This document shows positions 50,416 through 60,349 of a DNA stretch of 64,000 nucleotides, piece by piece. How positions within the stretch are numbered: the stretch's first letter is position 1; the number at the start of each line of letters is the position of its first letter. Below the pieces are notes generated by a model, which had not been told where the DNA came from, searched no databases, and saw only the letters and a program-made list of their open reading frames with translations. This stretch comes from Bdellovibrionota bacterium (lineage in GTDB: Bacteria > Bdellovibrionota > FAC87 > UBA2466), in contig JBGTAN010000037.1 of NCBI GenBank assembly GCA_041749855.1, forward strand, positions 10,144 to 74,143, read 5' to 3'. Position numbers and translations under genes: made by a program.

Positions 50416-51824
50416 CGAATCAGTTCGGCTAGGTTGCCCTTCCAGGGCCCTTGGTACAGATCCAGAATTCGGTTAGCGGGGTTTTTGCCTTCGGCCAAGG
50501 TTTTCTCGATAGGCTTTAGGTACTTCTCTTCGTCCATTCCACGACGTCGCAAAGAGCGTCTGGAAGCTTCAAGTAACTCAAGACCAAGTTTGCGCAACTC
50601 GATTCCACCCACCGAGGCCTTGAGACCTTCTCGTCCTGCGGCGATCCAAAATTCATTGCGCAGTTTTGAAGACAGAGTACCGAGCCGATCCAGGGCGAGT
50701 AATCGGGCTTCTTCGCTGTAGATCAAGCCGGTCCAAAAAGCCGTTGCAGCGTAGCGGTCCGACGGACGCAGGCCGTCGATAGAGCGAATCTCAATATAGC
50801 CTGGCTTTAGACGGGCTTCCGTAAAAATCTGTCGCAATGTATTGAGCTCGTTCTCGGTATTAATGGAAACAGCTTCAAGATGTCCCAAGCCAATCTCAAT
50901 CAGATTGCGCCCGTGCGATTCTACGTTTTCACCCTTTTCGTTTTGTACAAACATCAACGGGCGTTTCCACGCGAGTTCAGCGTACTTTGCGAAAGAGAAG
51001 TCCTCACTAAAAGCTTCATCCATGAGTCCAGAACGCTGCGGATCGGTGTTGCGCCACACTTCGGACCTCTGTGAGAGCCACCCGTTGGGAGTGCCGGCGC
51101 TGATGGGGGAATTTCCGAAAAGAGCGTAGGACAAGGGCGCTACCGCCAGTCCTGTGCGCAACATACTGATTGCTTCTTTTTCGCTCGAATAATCAAAATT
51201 CAGCTGCACAGAGGAAGTGAGACGCATCATCGTCGTTGCGAGCTTGCCTCGAGCGCTAAGAAAATCGGTCATGATTCGATAGCGGGTGAGGGGAATGACA
51301 TCCATGTCTTCCACGGTGGCGACCGGATTGACGCCTATTCCCAGCCAGCACAGGCCCCAAGGGCTAGTGACTTTCTCGACCTGCGCTTCAAACGAGCCAA
51401 TAACACTTTCAGCTTCCCCTACGGAAACGACGGGGTTAGCCGCAAACTCCAGCTGACTTCCGGGCTCCAAGGAGACTTTGCCAACGGGGCCATTGAGTCC
51501 TAAGGGGAACTTTTCAGAATAGGTGACGACGCTCCAGCCAAATTCCTTCGATAAAGCGGTGATGATTTGTTCAGCGCCGGGCCGGTCAGGGCCTGGGGCC
51601 CGGTAATGAAGAGAAGTGCCGTCAGGCCACATCCCAATTCTTTCGATTTCTAAGCCGATGTTGCGTGCATGGGGTTCTCGGCTGTTTCCGGCGAGCAACG
51701 CAGCAGTTCGTTCCCAAGGTTTAGACTGGCTTCCCAACACTGCGAGATTATGGGTGCCGGTTCTGTGTTTGGCAAATTCTGTCGGCGATGCTAGCGTTCC
51801 GGGCTGTTTAGTCAGTCCCATCAA
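50397..51824 (-). CDS. gshA: Glutamate--cysteine ligase, GCS2 (plant/alphaproteobacterial-type)
   Basis: GCS2-family conserved blocks; convergent with gshB with a 19-bp overlap. Confidence 0.75.
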   Translation of the reverse strand: MMGLTKQPGTLASPTEFAKHRTGTHNLAVLGSQSKPWERTAALLAGNSREPHARNIGLEIERIGMWPDGTSLHYRAPGPDRPGAEQIITALSKEFGWSVVTYSEKFPLGLNGPVGKVSLEPGSQLEFAANPVVSVGEAESVIGSFEAQVEKVTSPWGLCWLGIGVNPVATVEDMDVIPLTRYRIMTDFLSARGKLATTMMRLTSSVQLNFDYSSEKEAISMLRTGLAVAPLSYALFGNSPISAGTPNGWLSQRSEVWRNTDPQRSGLMDEAFSEDFSFAKYAELAWKRPLMFVQNEKGENVESHGRNLIEIGLGHLEAVSINTENELNTLRQIFTEARLKPGYIEIRSIDGLRPSDRYAATAFWTGLIYSEEARLLALDRLGTLSSKLRNEFWIAAGREGLKASVGGIELRKLGLELLEASRRSLRRRGMDEEKYLKPIEKTLAEGKNPANRILDLYQGPWKGNLAELIRYSALP

Positions 51825-51831
51825 GGTTTAA

Positions 51832-51918
51832 GGGCCGGTAGCTCAGCTGCCCCAGGAGCGAAGCGACGTTTTCAATGTCGCTCTCCCAGCTGAGCGGACT
51901 GGTTCGGTGGTTTAGTGA
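51832..51918 (+). other. tRNA-like fragment: 18-nt exact duplicate of the tRNA-Ala 5' end followed by a long imperfect hairpin; not a foldable tRNA
   Basis: gggccggtagctcagctg is identical to the first 18 nt of the downstream tRNA. It is followed by gctcagctg...cagctgagc and ggag.agcgac...gtcgctctcc inverted repeats. No T-arm or acceptor 3' strand. Confidence 0.6.
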
Positions 51919-51994
51919 GGGCCGGTAGCTCAGCTGGGAGAGCGCCACGTTCGCAATGTGGAGGTCGTGGGTTCGATCCCCATCCGGTCCACCA
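51919..51994 (+). tRNA. tRNA-Ala (anticodon CGC)
   Basis: Cloverleaf by eye: acceptor gggccgg/ccggtcc with G3:U70; D-arm gctcagctgggagagc; anticodon stem ccacg/tgtgg; loop ttCGCaa; T-arm gtgggttcgatccccat; encoded CCA. Confidence 0.85.
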
Positions 51995-51997
51995 TTT

Positions 51998-52426
51998 TTA
52001 ATCCTTCTCGTTCTTGATCAGATCAACCAACTCACAGAATAAGTTTTCCCCATGGGCGTCTCTATTGGGATTGTGCCAGGGATAGGCCGATAGGATCTTC
52101 AATGGGTAAGTCTGCCCCCGAAAAGTCCAGGGCTCCTTCCGGACGAAGAATAGGGCTCTCGACGACTGGGAACGGAATCCAATGGAACCTTCTTCCTGAA
52201 TAACGAGATTGAAACCCTTCCATTCCAAGGCATGGCTCCCGTCTTTGAGGCGACCGTTCCGGGTAATAAGAGACTTTACGGACTCAAAATGGTCCTCCGT
52301 GAGGCAGCCCTTGATTTCGTGAGGAGAGTACCGAGCAAAGCCCCAAACCATGAGGCAGAAGATCACGACCAACACAGTGGCGATCACCCCCAGTACCCCT
52401 AGGACAATTAGGAAAATTTTGAGCAT
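51998..52426 (-). CDS. Small membrane-anchored hypothetical protein
   Basis: N-terminal TM helix (IFLIVLGVLGVIATVLVVIF) plus a roughly 110-aa soluble domain; no known motif. Confidence 0.5.
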   Translation of the reverse strand: MLKIFLIVLGVLGVIATVLVVIFCLMVWGFARYSPHEIKGCLTEDHFESVKSLITRNGRLKDGSHALEWKGFNLVIQEEGSIGFRSQSSRALFFVRKEPWTFRGQTYPLKILSAYPWHNPNRDAHGENLFCELVDLIKNEKD

Positions 52427-52472
52427 CTTGAGATGTTAGCAAAACTCTCCCGGGAGCGGTTACACTTGTTTT

Positions 52473-52952
52473 ATGAACTGGAAGCTCCTTCTCGCCGTTG
52501 GTCTTGTCGTGTTTTTTGGATTCCGTCTTTTGCCGCGGAAAGTGGACCTCGGCTCTTTGGAGCCCGTTGCCGCCAAAGCGAGCATGCCGGGGAGCAAGAG
52601 CTGTCTGGGAAAAGACCAGTGCATTGTCGTGTATCTCGCGCCGTGGTGCCCCCATTGCAGTAGCTCCATTCCACTCGTCAAAGAAACCATCGCTACTTTT
52701 CGCGACTCCGCGAACACGGGCGCGATGGCAGTCGTAGGCATGGACGAGCCGCAGGCAAATGAGGCTTATGCAGCTCGCATTGGCGAATCGGTCTTCGTCG
52801 ACAATGACGGTGATCTCAGATCAAAGCTCAAGGTGGGAGGCGTCCCGCATTGGCTCATGCTCAACGCAGAAGGAAAAGTCGTGAAGAGCTTTGCCGGCGC
52901 ACCCAACCCTAAAAAAGTGGAAGCCGTGCGCTACCTTTTGGGCGTGAAGTAG
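52473..52952 (+). CDS. Thioredoxin-fold protein with WCPHC active site, membrane-anchored (TlpA/DsbE-like)
   Basis: N-terminal TM helix; CxxC motif WCPHC. Confidence 0.7.
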   Translation: MNWKLLLAVGLVVFFGFRLLPRKVDLGSLEPVAAKASMPGSKSCLGKDQCIVVYLAPWCPHCSSSIPLVKETIATFRDSANTGAMAVVGMDEPQANEAYAARIGESVFVDNDGDLRSKLKVGGVPHWLMLNAEGKVVKSFAGAPNPKKVEAVRYLLGVK

Positions 52953-52957
52953 CGCGT

Positions 52958-53857
52958 CTACTTAAAGACGGCGTTGGTGACGAACAACTGGTCGACGAGC
53001 TTCTCGTTGCAGAGCGGGTGCCAGACGTCGCCTCTGTCGCCTCCGTCTAGCGCGACCTCTCCAATACGACCTGGATTGTTTGTGAGCAGCGTTTTCGCCT
53101 CAAAGCGATTCAACGGGTCAAGATAGGCTTGCTCGGGTGTGGCAATCTCCCAACCGTCTTTACGCAGTGCTTCGACAAGATCTCCAATGAACAGCGCGGC
53201 CAAATCATTTTCATGCAAAAGCAAAATATGCCCTGGTGAGCGCTTCAAGTGCTTCTGAGCTAAGTCTTCGTAGAACTTCGCACTATCGACCAGCGTCTCC
53301 ACATAAGTCTTCCTCAGTGCGTTCTTGTCGATGGTCTTCTTGTCCCGAACCGCCTGCTGGTACACAGCGTCCATGTGGTAGTCCGCGTTGTCGACCGTCA
53401 CATACGCATTGAAGTATCCCAGTCGCCTAAGTGCCGCTCGAATGCCATCGCGCTTTTCCTGGGTGTCGCCTTCGCGCAAGTAGGGGTATCGAAACCACGG
53501 CATGAATCCTGATACTTTGCTCAGCGCTTGGTGAGCGGTCTCGATGTCCGTCACATACTCTGCCACCTTGACCGTATTCAGATCAGGATGGGAGTGCGTG
53601 TGATTTCCGATAGCATGTCCGGCCGAGGCATACGCTTTCAAGCGCGCCTTGCCTTCCGCGTCTAACCGCTCGGAGTTGGCAAAGAAAGCGGCACGAGACA
53701 CTTTTGCCTTCTGAAGGCCATCTATCAGCGCTTTGGCACGTTCGGAACCCGAAAGAGAAGTCGCTGGGCGGGGCGCATCATCAAACGTGATGGCTATTTT
53801 CTTTGCCGAGATTGAGCCGCAAAGCACCATGGAAAAAATCAAAAGGAAGTTTTTCAT
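52958..53857 (-). CDS. Polysaccharide/peptidoglycan deacetylase (NodB homology domain), secreted
   Basis: Signal peptide; NodB motif 1 ITFDDAP and His-His metal site GNHTHSHP. Confidence 0.8.
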   Translation of the reverse strand: MKNFLLIFSMVLCGSISAKKIAITFDDAPRPATSLSGSERAKALIDGLQKAKVSRAAFFANSERLDAEGKARLKAYASAGHAIGNHTHSHPDLNTVKVAEYVTDIETAHQALSKVSGFMPWFRYPYLREGDTQEKRDGIRAALRRLGYFNAYVTVDNADYHMDAVYQQAVRDKKTIDKNALRKTYVETLVDSAKFYEDLAQKHLKRSPGHILLLHENDLAALFIGDLVEALRKDGWEIATPEQAYLDPLNRFEAKTLLTNNPGRIGEVALDGGDRGDVWHPLCNEKLVDQLFVTNAVFK

Positions 53858-53920
53858 GGCCCGATACTACCCGGTTCCTTCCACGTTTGGGAATTCTTTG
53901 GTACGCTGAACCTCTTCCTT

Positions 53921-55213
53921 ATGAGTCGCATTCTTTTCATCTTGTTTAGCGTGGGTTTGACGCAGTCGGCGTTCGCCGCGCCTGCTACCTTCGAGGAAAA
54001 ACTGGAAGAGGCACGTGAGGAAGCTGCGGATCGCGATTGGGAAGATGCAATCCCTCAGTATGAAGCACTGGCGAAGGAGGTGGGTGAAACGCCTCGCGGG
54101 GAGTTGGTCGCTGTCGAGTTGGCGTCCGCCTATTTTTCGAGTGGCGCGTTGAGCAAAGCCGTGGCGCTATCCGACCAGTTTCTCAAAGTGTATGTCGGAT
54201 CGATCTACACACCGCAGGTTGAGCACCTGAAAGCCTTCTCGCTGTGGAGTCAGGGTTTTTTTGAGGAATCACTGGCCGTCTTTGCGGTAAAAACTTGGGA
54301 GCAACTTCGGATGACCAATCCGAAAATGCGTCCACGCCTCTATGGTGTTTTGGCGAAAGCGCTTCGAGGCGGAGAGCACGAGTACGCCGCTCGAGCAACG
54401 AGAGCGGAATCGAGAGGAGTTCTGAAGAATGCGAAAGGATCGTGGGTTCTGACGGGTCCGGTTCGGGATACCGTGGATCGCCTGGATACGGAAGAGGGTT
54501 GGCAAACTTTGTTGAAGCAAGTTTCGCCTAGGGTTCGAGCAAAGCTAGCTTCCGACGGCTTTGATGTTCCCTTGGAAAAGGCGAAGCAGAAAAAACCTCC
54601 CCCTCAGCGAATTATTCTTGGCCTTGCACCCTCTTTTTCTTCTGTGATTACGACTTCGACCGTTTACTCTCAGGCCTTTTTGAAGATCCTGGGAGAGTTC
54701 AACGTCCCGCTCTCATTCTCCGGGTCGAACGTCTCGGTCTATGTGGGAATGGATGCCGTTGGAATTCAGCGCCCCCCAACGAATGAAGAAGTTCGGTGGT
54801 TGGATACGGGGTTTTTGCTGGAAGGGCGCGTTGTCGGCGGCGAGCAGAAAGGATTCAGCGCGAGCCTCAACGTGGGAATGTTCTACCGCCACTCCTTCAC
54901 GGGTTCATTGCCAACTCCGCGCTTGATTGATGCCTTGGGAGTCGAAGTTTATCCTTCCTTTCAGTACGAGTTTCCCAATAGCTCTCAGTTGGCACTTTAT
55001 GCAAAAGTATCTCCCTATATTCAGAGTATGAGGACGATTGATCTGAAAGATAACTTCATCGCTGGGGGTGGGTTGGACTACTGGTTTCCTATGGGTGCCA
55101 AACCGTACTGGTTCAATGTTTTCCTAGAGGGTGAGAAAACGAGTTTTAAACTGACTGACGGCTCATTGTTCCACTACTTCCGATTTACGACCGGGCTCAA
55201 AGCCCGCCTCTAG
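53921..55213 (+). CDS. Secreted hypothetical protein (N-terminal helical region plus C-terminal beta-rich, possibly OM-associated)
   Basis: Signal peptide LTQSAFAAP; no catalytic motif recognised. Confidence 0.55.
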   Translation: MSRILFILFSVGLTQSAFAAPATFEEKLEEAREEAADRDWEDAIPQYEALAKEVGETPRGELVAVELASAYFSSGALSKAVALSDQFLKVYVGSIYTPQVEHLKAFSLWSQGFFEESLAVFAVKTWEQLRMTNPKMRPRLYGVLAKALRGGEHEYAARATRAESRGVLKNAKGSWVLTGPVRDTVDRLDTEEGWQTLLKQVSPRVRAKLASDGFDVPLEKAKQKKPPPQRIILGLAPSFSSVITTSTVYSQAFLKILGEFNVPLSFSGSNVSVYVGMDAVGIQRPPTNEEVRWLDTGFLLEGRVVGGEQKGFSASLNVGMFYRHSFTGSLPTPRLIDALGVEVYPSFQYEFPNSSQLALYAKVSPYIQSMRTIDLKDNFIAGGGLDYWFPMGAKPYWFNVFLEGEKTSFKLTDGSLFHYFRFTTGLKARL

Positions 55214-56382
55214 CCTTTGTAAAGCAAGTAAGGCTTTCGCTGTTTTTTAAACTGAGCGACATCGGATTGCGCCTTCTGTTCGAGTTCCTTCAAAGCAGTT
55301 CCCGCCTCTACGGCCTGGCGAAACTTCGCCGTGCCAGAGATAAGATCAATCGGCATACGGGTGTGTTCGTATTCATAAGGTGGCTTCTTCCACGCGAACG
55401 AATGAGAAAACTCGGATGCGATAACATGGAGCAGGTGAATACCCGCCCGGAAGCTGTCGTACTTGTCGCGATTCGTGACGTGGACATGTACGCCGCCGCA
55501 GACTTCGTCTTTCCATTTTTGATAGGTTGGCTGGAAGTAGATCGGGCGAAAGTAAACTCCCGGTAGCTTCTTGGCGTTCAGGATGCCAGCCAACTTATCG
55601 GCTTCGACATAAGGCGCACCGATGTACTCGAAGGGCATCGTCGTTCCTCGCCCTTCGGAGATATTGGTTCCTTCAAAGAAAACGCCGCCCGGAAACACCA
55701 AAGAAGAAAGGAACCGAGGGATGTTGGGCGATGGCGGAACCCAGTCACGCCCCCATTGGTCTCCGTATTGTTTGCGCTTCCAGCCTTCTAGTCGAACAAT
55801 CTCCAAATCACAGCCGATGCTAAAGGCATCGTTGAGCATCAACGCAATCTCGCCAATGGTCAGCCCATGACGGACAATCATCGGAAACTGACCCACGAAC
55901 GAAGTGAACTCCGGCTCCAGCATCCAGCCCTCAAGATTCAAGCCATTTACGGGGTTGGGACGATCCAGAACGACAATCTTCTTGGAGGCGCGCTTTGCTG
56001 CGCGCATGCAGTTGGCCATCGTGTAGATGAACGTATAGATGCGAGTCCCCACGTCCTGAAGGTCGATAAGCATGACATCGATGTGGGACATCATTTTATC
56101 AGTCGGCTCACGCGTATCACCGTAGAGACTAAACACCTTGAGTCCGGACCGCGGATCCGTGAAGTCTTGGGACTCGATCATGTTGTCTTGCTTCTCACCG
56201 CGGATTCCATGCTGCGGACCAAAAAAGCAGGTGATGTTCAAACCAAGCTTTTTAGAGACGATAAGTTCGCTGATGTGCTGCAACTTGTTGTTCACTGAAG
56301 CTTGATTGCATAAAACACCGATACGGGGTCCTTTAAATTTCTTCGCCTTTTTCTCTAAAAAAACATCAAGACCTGTTTTCAC
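55210..56382 (-). CDS. DUF1343 family protein (NamZ-like exo-beta-N-acetylmuramidase)
   Basis: Conserved blocks GVLCNQASV...FGPQHGIRG and PGGVFFEGTNISEGRGTT typical of DUF1343/YbbC (NamZ). Confidence 0.75.
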   Translation of the reverse strand: MKTGLDVFLEKKAKKFKGPRIGVLCNQASVNNKLQHISELIVSKKLGLNITCFFGPQHGIRGEKQDNMIESQDFTDPRSGLKVFSLYGDTREPTDKMMSHIDVMLIDLQDVGTRIYTFIYTMANCMRAAKRASKKIVVLDRPNPVNGLNLEGWMLEPEFTSFVGQFPMIVRHGLTIGEIALMLNDAFSIGCDLEIVRLEGWKRKQYGDQWGRDWVPPSPNIPRFLSSLVFPGGVFFEGTNISEGRGTTMPFEYIGAPYVEADKLAGILNAKKLPGVYFRPIYFQPTYQKWKDEVCGGVHVHVTNRDKYDSFRAGIHLLHVIASEFSHSFAWKKPPYEYEHTRMPIDLISGTAKFRQAVEAGTALKELEQKAQSDVAQFKKQRKPYLLYKG

Positions 56383-57722
56383 GTCTGTACCTCCGCCGCT
56401 TGGGGCTCGCTGTCACCAAATCCACAGACCTGTCGCGAGCCGTTGGGCATTTTGACCGGATACGTGGCAGGGATGGGAAGTCGGCTTAAAAGCAGTAGCG
56501 ATGTAAATGCGGGATTGAGCAAGGCGAGTTCGTCTTGCTGGACGCCACACTTCTCCGCGAGTGCCTTAAACGCAATCGCCTCAGGGACGCGCACTTCCTC
56601 GTACTCAACCGGTGCGTCTACCAGCAGAGCGCCGAAATGTTTGCGATACTCCCGCTCCACTTCCAAGATAGCGAGAAACTCCGAATAGAAATTGGACGAA
56701 GCAAAGCCAAAAGTGGGTGATTCATAGCGGGCAATAATGTCGGCCAGCTCCCTGGTCTCCAACTTCTGAACTGCGCGCGACATGCCTTCTCGACCGTGGT
56801 TGTAAGCCGTAATAGCTAGGGGCCAGCGTTCCAGGGTCTCAAAGTTGTGCCGCAAAAGCTCGGCTGCCGCGTAGGTTGCCGTGATTGGGTCATTGCGCTC
56901 GTCAATGGCACGATCGATCCTCAGGTACCGTTTGCCGGTGGAACGCATGAATTGCCAGACTCCCGAGGCGCCTACTTTGGATCGCGCCGAAAGATCGAAG
57001 GCCGATTCGACGAGGGGCAATCGAGTCAGCTCTTTTGGAATGCCGCGTTCTTCAAAAATCTGCATCATGCGATTCCAGTAGCGCCCCCCAAAGAGGAAGC
57101 CCTGAACGATCTTTTCTCTTTGACCTACCTGTGTCCGCAAGTTCTTTGCCGCTTTGAGAAAGCGATTGGGATCGGTGTTGTGTTCAAACTTTCGAAATAA
57201 CGCGAACGACTCTAAGGGGATTTCCTTCGGAGAGCTTTGCTTAGCATGTAAGTCTCTGAGCTTGCGCTCAAGCTTCCGCCGTTCTTCCTTCAAGTAGCGA
57301 GCGATAGCGCGACGACGTGCCCTTTTGTTCAGACGGCTGTTACTGGTGATGGGGCTGAGATCCACCACGCCATACACGACGTCTAAGTCTTCAGAGTCGT
57401 GGAGCACGGCCTGAGAGCCGGTATACACCGTATAGATCTTCTTCCAGAAATCGACGCGCTTTCGTAGGGCATCGGGGACCTCAAAGGTTCGCTCTCCTTC
57501 ATAGCCCAGCGCGGTACTTCGACTAATGAACGTGGGAAGTTCCATTGCGCGAAGCTGACTCTTTGAGAAAAGCTCGGAATATCCGGGAATGGTCGACGGA
57601 TCGACCGTCGTCACATCCCCCGGTTCAGACTCCTCAGGGGGCGGATCGGTGCTGTAGGGGAGGGGAAGAATTGCAAACAAGGTCCAGGGGACCACGAGCG
57701 CCAACGCGAGAAGCCGTTTCAA
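56379..57722 (-). CDS. Lytic transglycosylase with SLT domain (MltD-like), secreted
   Basis: SLT catalytic motif ESAFDLSARSKVGASGVWQFM; C-terminal LysM-like segment; 4-bp overlap with the NamZ-like gene. Confidence 0.8.
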   Translation of the reverse strand: MKRLLALALVVPWTLFAILPLPYSTDPPPEESEPGDVTTVDPSTIPGYSELFSKSQLRAMELPTFISRSTALGYEGERTFEVPDALRKRVDFWKKIYTVYTGSQAVLHDSEDLDVVYGVVDLSPITSNSRLNKRARRRAIARYLKEERRKLERKLRDLHAKQSSPKEIPLESFALFRKFEHNTDPNRFLKAAKNLRTQVGQREKIVQGFLFGGRYWNRMMQIFEERGIPKELTRLPLVESAFDLSARSKVGASGVWQFMRSTGKRYLRIDRAIDERNDPITATYAAAELLRHNFETLERWPLAITAYNHGREGMSRAVQKLETRELADIIARYESPTFGFASSNFYSEFLAILEVEREYRKHFGALLVDAPVEYEEVRVPEAIAFKALAEKCGVQQDELALLNPAFTSLLLLSRLPIPATYPVKMPNGSRQVCGFGDSEPQAAEVQT

Positions 57723-57731
57723 TTTGCAAAC

Positions 57732-59279
57732 CTATTGTCTGGAAAACTTTGTGAACTCGAGGGCCACCTTGTCAACCCACGCGGACATTCTACCGTATCT
57801 CAGTCCGGGGTCATTCAAGATTATGGCAAAGGCAATGGTCTCATTGTCCTTGGAAGTCGTGTACCCAGCGAGAGCCGCTACTCCATCCAAGCTGCCCGTT
57901 TTTCCGCGTACGACAGACTGGGTCAATTCCGTGGGGAATCGGTTGCGCAGAGTACCGTCTTCTCCTCCTACGCCGAGCGATGCCATGAACTCCGCCGAAA
58001 TGCTCAAGTCCGACGCTGCGGCCGAAAGCACGCGAACGGTTTGTCGACTGGTCACTCGCGTTTTTCGGGTAAGGCCGCTACCATCGATGATCGTGTAGGA
58101 CTTGGGTGCGATGCCGATATCCTCCAACGTATCCGCCAAAGCTTTGATCCCCTTGTCCATCGTGCCAGGAGGGCCCCAGGCTTCGGCGCCCAACTTCTTC
58201 AAAACCTGGTCTGCAACGAAGTTGTTGCTGAACTTGTTCATGCCCCAGATGACCTGCCAAAGAGGGAGCGACGCGAAATTGAGAATCTCGCGGGCGCTGG
58301 TTGGGACGGATCCTTCCTTCACGATTCCATCAAGGCGCATGCCGCGTTGCTCCCAGAAATTTTTGAACATATGAGCGGTGTAGAGTGAGGGGTTGACGAT
58401 GTTGCGGTAGAAACGCAACTCGCGGCCCTTCACTGGGATCGAGCCTCGCAAAAGTACGGTGTCGCCTATGTCGCCTTTAACGAAAGCAGTTCGTTGAACT
58501 TGGACCGTATTCGGGGTGCCTTCCTTGCCCGTGGTGGCTTGGTTGACGATATCAACGTAGGAATTCTCAGGATCGATATACACAATCGGAGGTTTCCCCG
58601 GTGTCTCTGCAGGCTTTACGTAGATTGTCGTCGTGTTGAAGTTAAAAGAAAGTGCGCCGATGGGCGCGTTGTAAGCCTGATCGGTGAGATAGCTCGGGCG
58701 GGTGTCTGGTGTTCGCTCTAAGTCGTAGTAACTAGAATCAGCAACGATATTGCCGCTAATGCGCTTGATGCCGGAGCGAACCAGCTCATTTACCATCATC
58801 CACATGCGTTCCGAGACAAGGCTCGGATCGCCGCCACCTTTTAAGAACAAATCCCCGGATAATCTTCCATCCATTACTGCGCCTGATGCCCAAACGGAGG
58901 TATCAAAAGTGGAGGTAGGCTTGATTTTCTTCAGCGCCGCGTACGCGGTGAAAAGTTTGCTGACGGAAGCCGGAATGACGAGTTTATCGGATTGAAATTC
59001 GTAGATCGCATCGCCTTTATCAATAGAAACAGCCAAGATGCTCGCATCAATCTTGCTCAAAACGCCCTTGGGAAAAACCTGTTCGATAGCGCGACGCAGG
59101 GCACTGGCCTTTTCAGGAGAAATTCCGACGGGCTGACTGGCTGCAGGTTTAGTTTCTTTCGAGGCTTCAGTAGGCGCTCTGTAGGGGCCCAAGCGAATGC
59201 CTTTAGGCAGGCCACGACCAAAGGCAGGCAGGGCTAGCCACGCTGCGAAAAAGAAAAGAATTCCTCTGTGCATGAACAT
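57732..59279 (-). CDS. dacB: D-alanyl-D-alanine carboxypeptidase/endopeptidase, PBP4 (peptidase S13, DacB family)
   Basis: Signal peptide; SxxK motif ASVSKLFT; PBP4 three-domain length (515 aa). Confidence 0.85.
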   Translation of the reverse strand: MFMHRGILFFFAAWLALPAFGRGLPKGIRLGPYRAPTEASKETKPAASQPVGISPEKASALRRAIEQVFPKGVLSKIDASILAVSIDKGDAIYEFQSDKLVIPASVSKLFTAYAALKKIKPTSTFDTSVWASGAVMDGRLSGDLFLKGGGDPSLVSERMWMMVNELVRSGIKRISGNIVADSSYYDLERTPDTRPSYLTDQAYNAPIGALSFNFNTTTIYVKPAETPGKPPIVYIDPENSYVDIVNQATTGKEGTPNTVQVQRTAFVKGDIGDTVLLRGSIPVKGRELRFYRNIVNPSLYTAHMFKNFWEQRGMRLDGIVKEGSVPTSAREILNFASLPLWQVIWGMNKFSNNFVADQVLKKLGAEAWGPPGTMDKGIKALADTLEDIGIAPKSYTIIDGSGLTRKTRVTSRQTVRVLSAAASDLSISAEFMASLGVGGEDGTLRNRFPTELTQSVVRGKTGSLDGVAALAGYTTSKDNETIAFAIILNDPGLRYGRMSAWVDKVALEFTKFSRQ

Positions 59280-59342
59280 TAGTTGTACCGCGGATTCGAA
59301 ACTTTACGTATTCCTATTTGGACTGCATCCTCAATAAAAACC

Positions 59343-60326
59343 ATGTCTGAAAAACCCAAGATACTGCTGGTAGACGATGAAGCTGAGAACTTGCGGGCGT
59401 TAGAGAGAACGCTCAGAGTGAGCTTCGACGTGACATTGAGCGCATCGCCTCAGGATGCTTTGGAAAAGTTGCGATCTGAAGAATTCGCTGTAATCGTTTC
59501 GGACCAGCGAATGCCTGGAATGCCTGGTACCGAGTTTTTGGCTGAAGCCTCCAAGATCTGCCCGATCACGACGCGTCTCATTCTCACCGCTTTTACAGAC
59601 TCAAAAGAGATTCTATCAGCTATCAATCGCGCGGAGATCTATCGGTATGTAACGAAGCCTTGGGATAATGCTGACTTGATTTCGACGTTGAGACAGGCCG
59701 TGGAGCGCTTTCAACTTCAAAAGGAGAATCTGCATCTGGTGGAGGAGTTGAGGCGTGCCAACCATAGTCTTGAGTCTCAAGTCGCAGCGCGCACGAAGGA
59801 GCTGGAGCTAGCCAATCTGAAATTGGCTGAATTGGCGATGACGGATCCGCTCACGCGAACATCGAACCGTCGGGCGCTTCAAGCTCGTTTTCAGGACGAA
59901 ATCGACCGGGCCGAGCGCTACAGCAGGGCGCTGACTGTGGCCATGGTGGACGTCGATCACTTTAAAGACTTCAACGATATGGAGGGACATCTGTGTGGCG
60001 ATGAAGCGTTGAAGAAGGTCGCAGCGACTTTGATGTCCTGTTTGCGCAAGACCGATTTTCTGGTGCGCTACGGGGGCGAGGAATTTCTCATTCTGATGCC
60101 TGAAACGCCTGTGAGCCATGGGCTGGAGATTGCCACTCGTTTGCGCAGCGCCGTAGAGGGAACTCTCTTTCAAGGGCGAACTAAGACCGCCTATCTCACG
60201 ATCAGCATCGGAGTTTCCGGATTCCCTCGTCATGGGCAGAGTCCAAAAGTTTTAATCGATGCAGCGGATCAGGCCCTTTTTGCCGCCAAACAAACGGGTC
60301 GAAACAAAATTGTCGTTGCTTCCTGA
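59343..60326 (+). CDS. Response regulator diguanylate cyclase (REC-coiled coil-GGDEF, PleD/WspR-like)
   Basis: REC domain with acceptor Asp (VIVSDQRMPGM); active A-site GGEEF with I-site RKTD located 5 residues upstream. Confidence 0.85.
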   Translation: MSEKPKILLVDDEAENLRALERTLRVSFDVTLSASPQDALEKLRSEEFAVIVSDQRMPGMPGTEFLAEASKICPITTRLILTAFTDSKEILSAINRAEIYRYVTKPWDNADLISTLRQAVERFQLQKENLHLVEELRRANHSLESQVAARTKELELANLKLAELAMTDPLTRTSNRRALQARFQDEIDRAERYSRALTVAMVDVDHFKDFNDMEGHLCGDEALKKVAATLMSCLRKTDFLVRYGGEEFLILMPETPVSHGLEIATRLRSAVEGTLFQGRTKTAYLTISIGVSGFPRHGQSPKVLIDAADQALFAAKQTGRNKIVVAS

Positions 60327-60349
60327 GGTGAGCCGGGTAAACGAGTGCG

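Noticed and set aside
51832-51918. First tRNA-like element as a functional second tRNA-Ala
   Set aside because: Only the first 18 nt match. The remainder cannot form an anticodon arm, T-arm or acceptor pairing by manual folding, on either strand.
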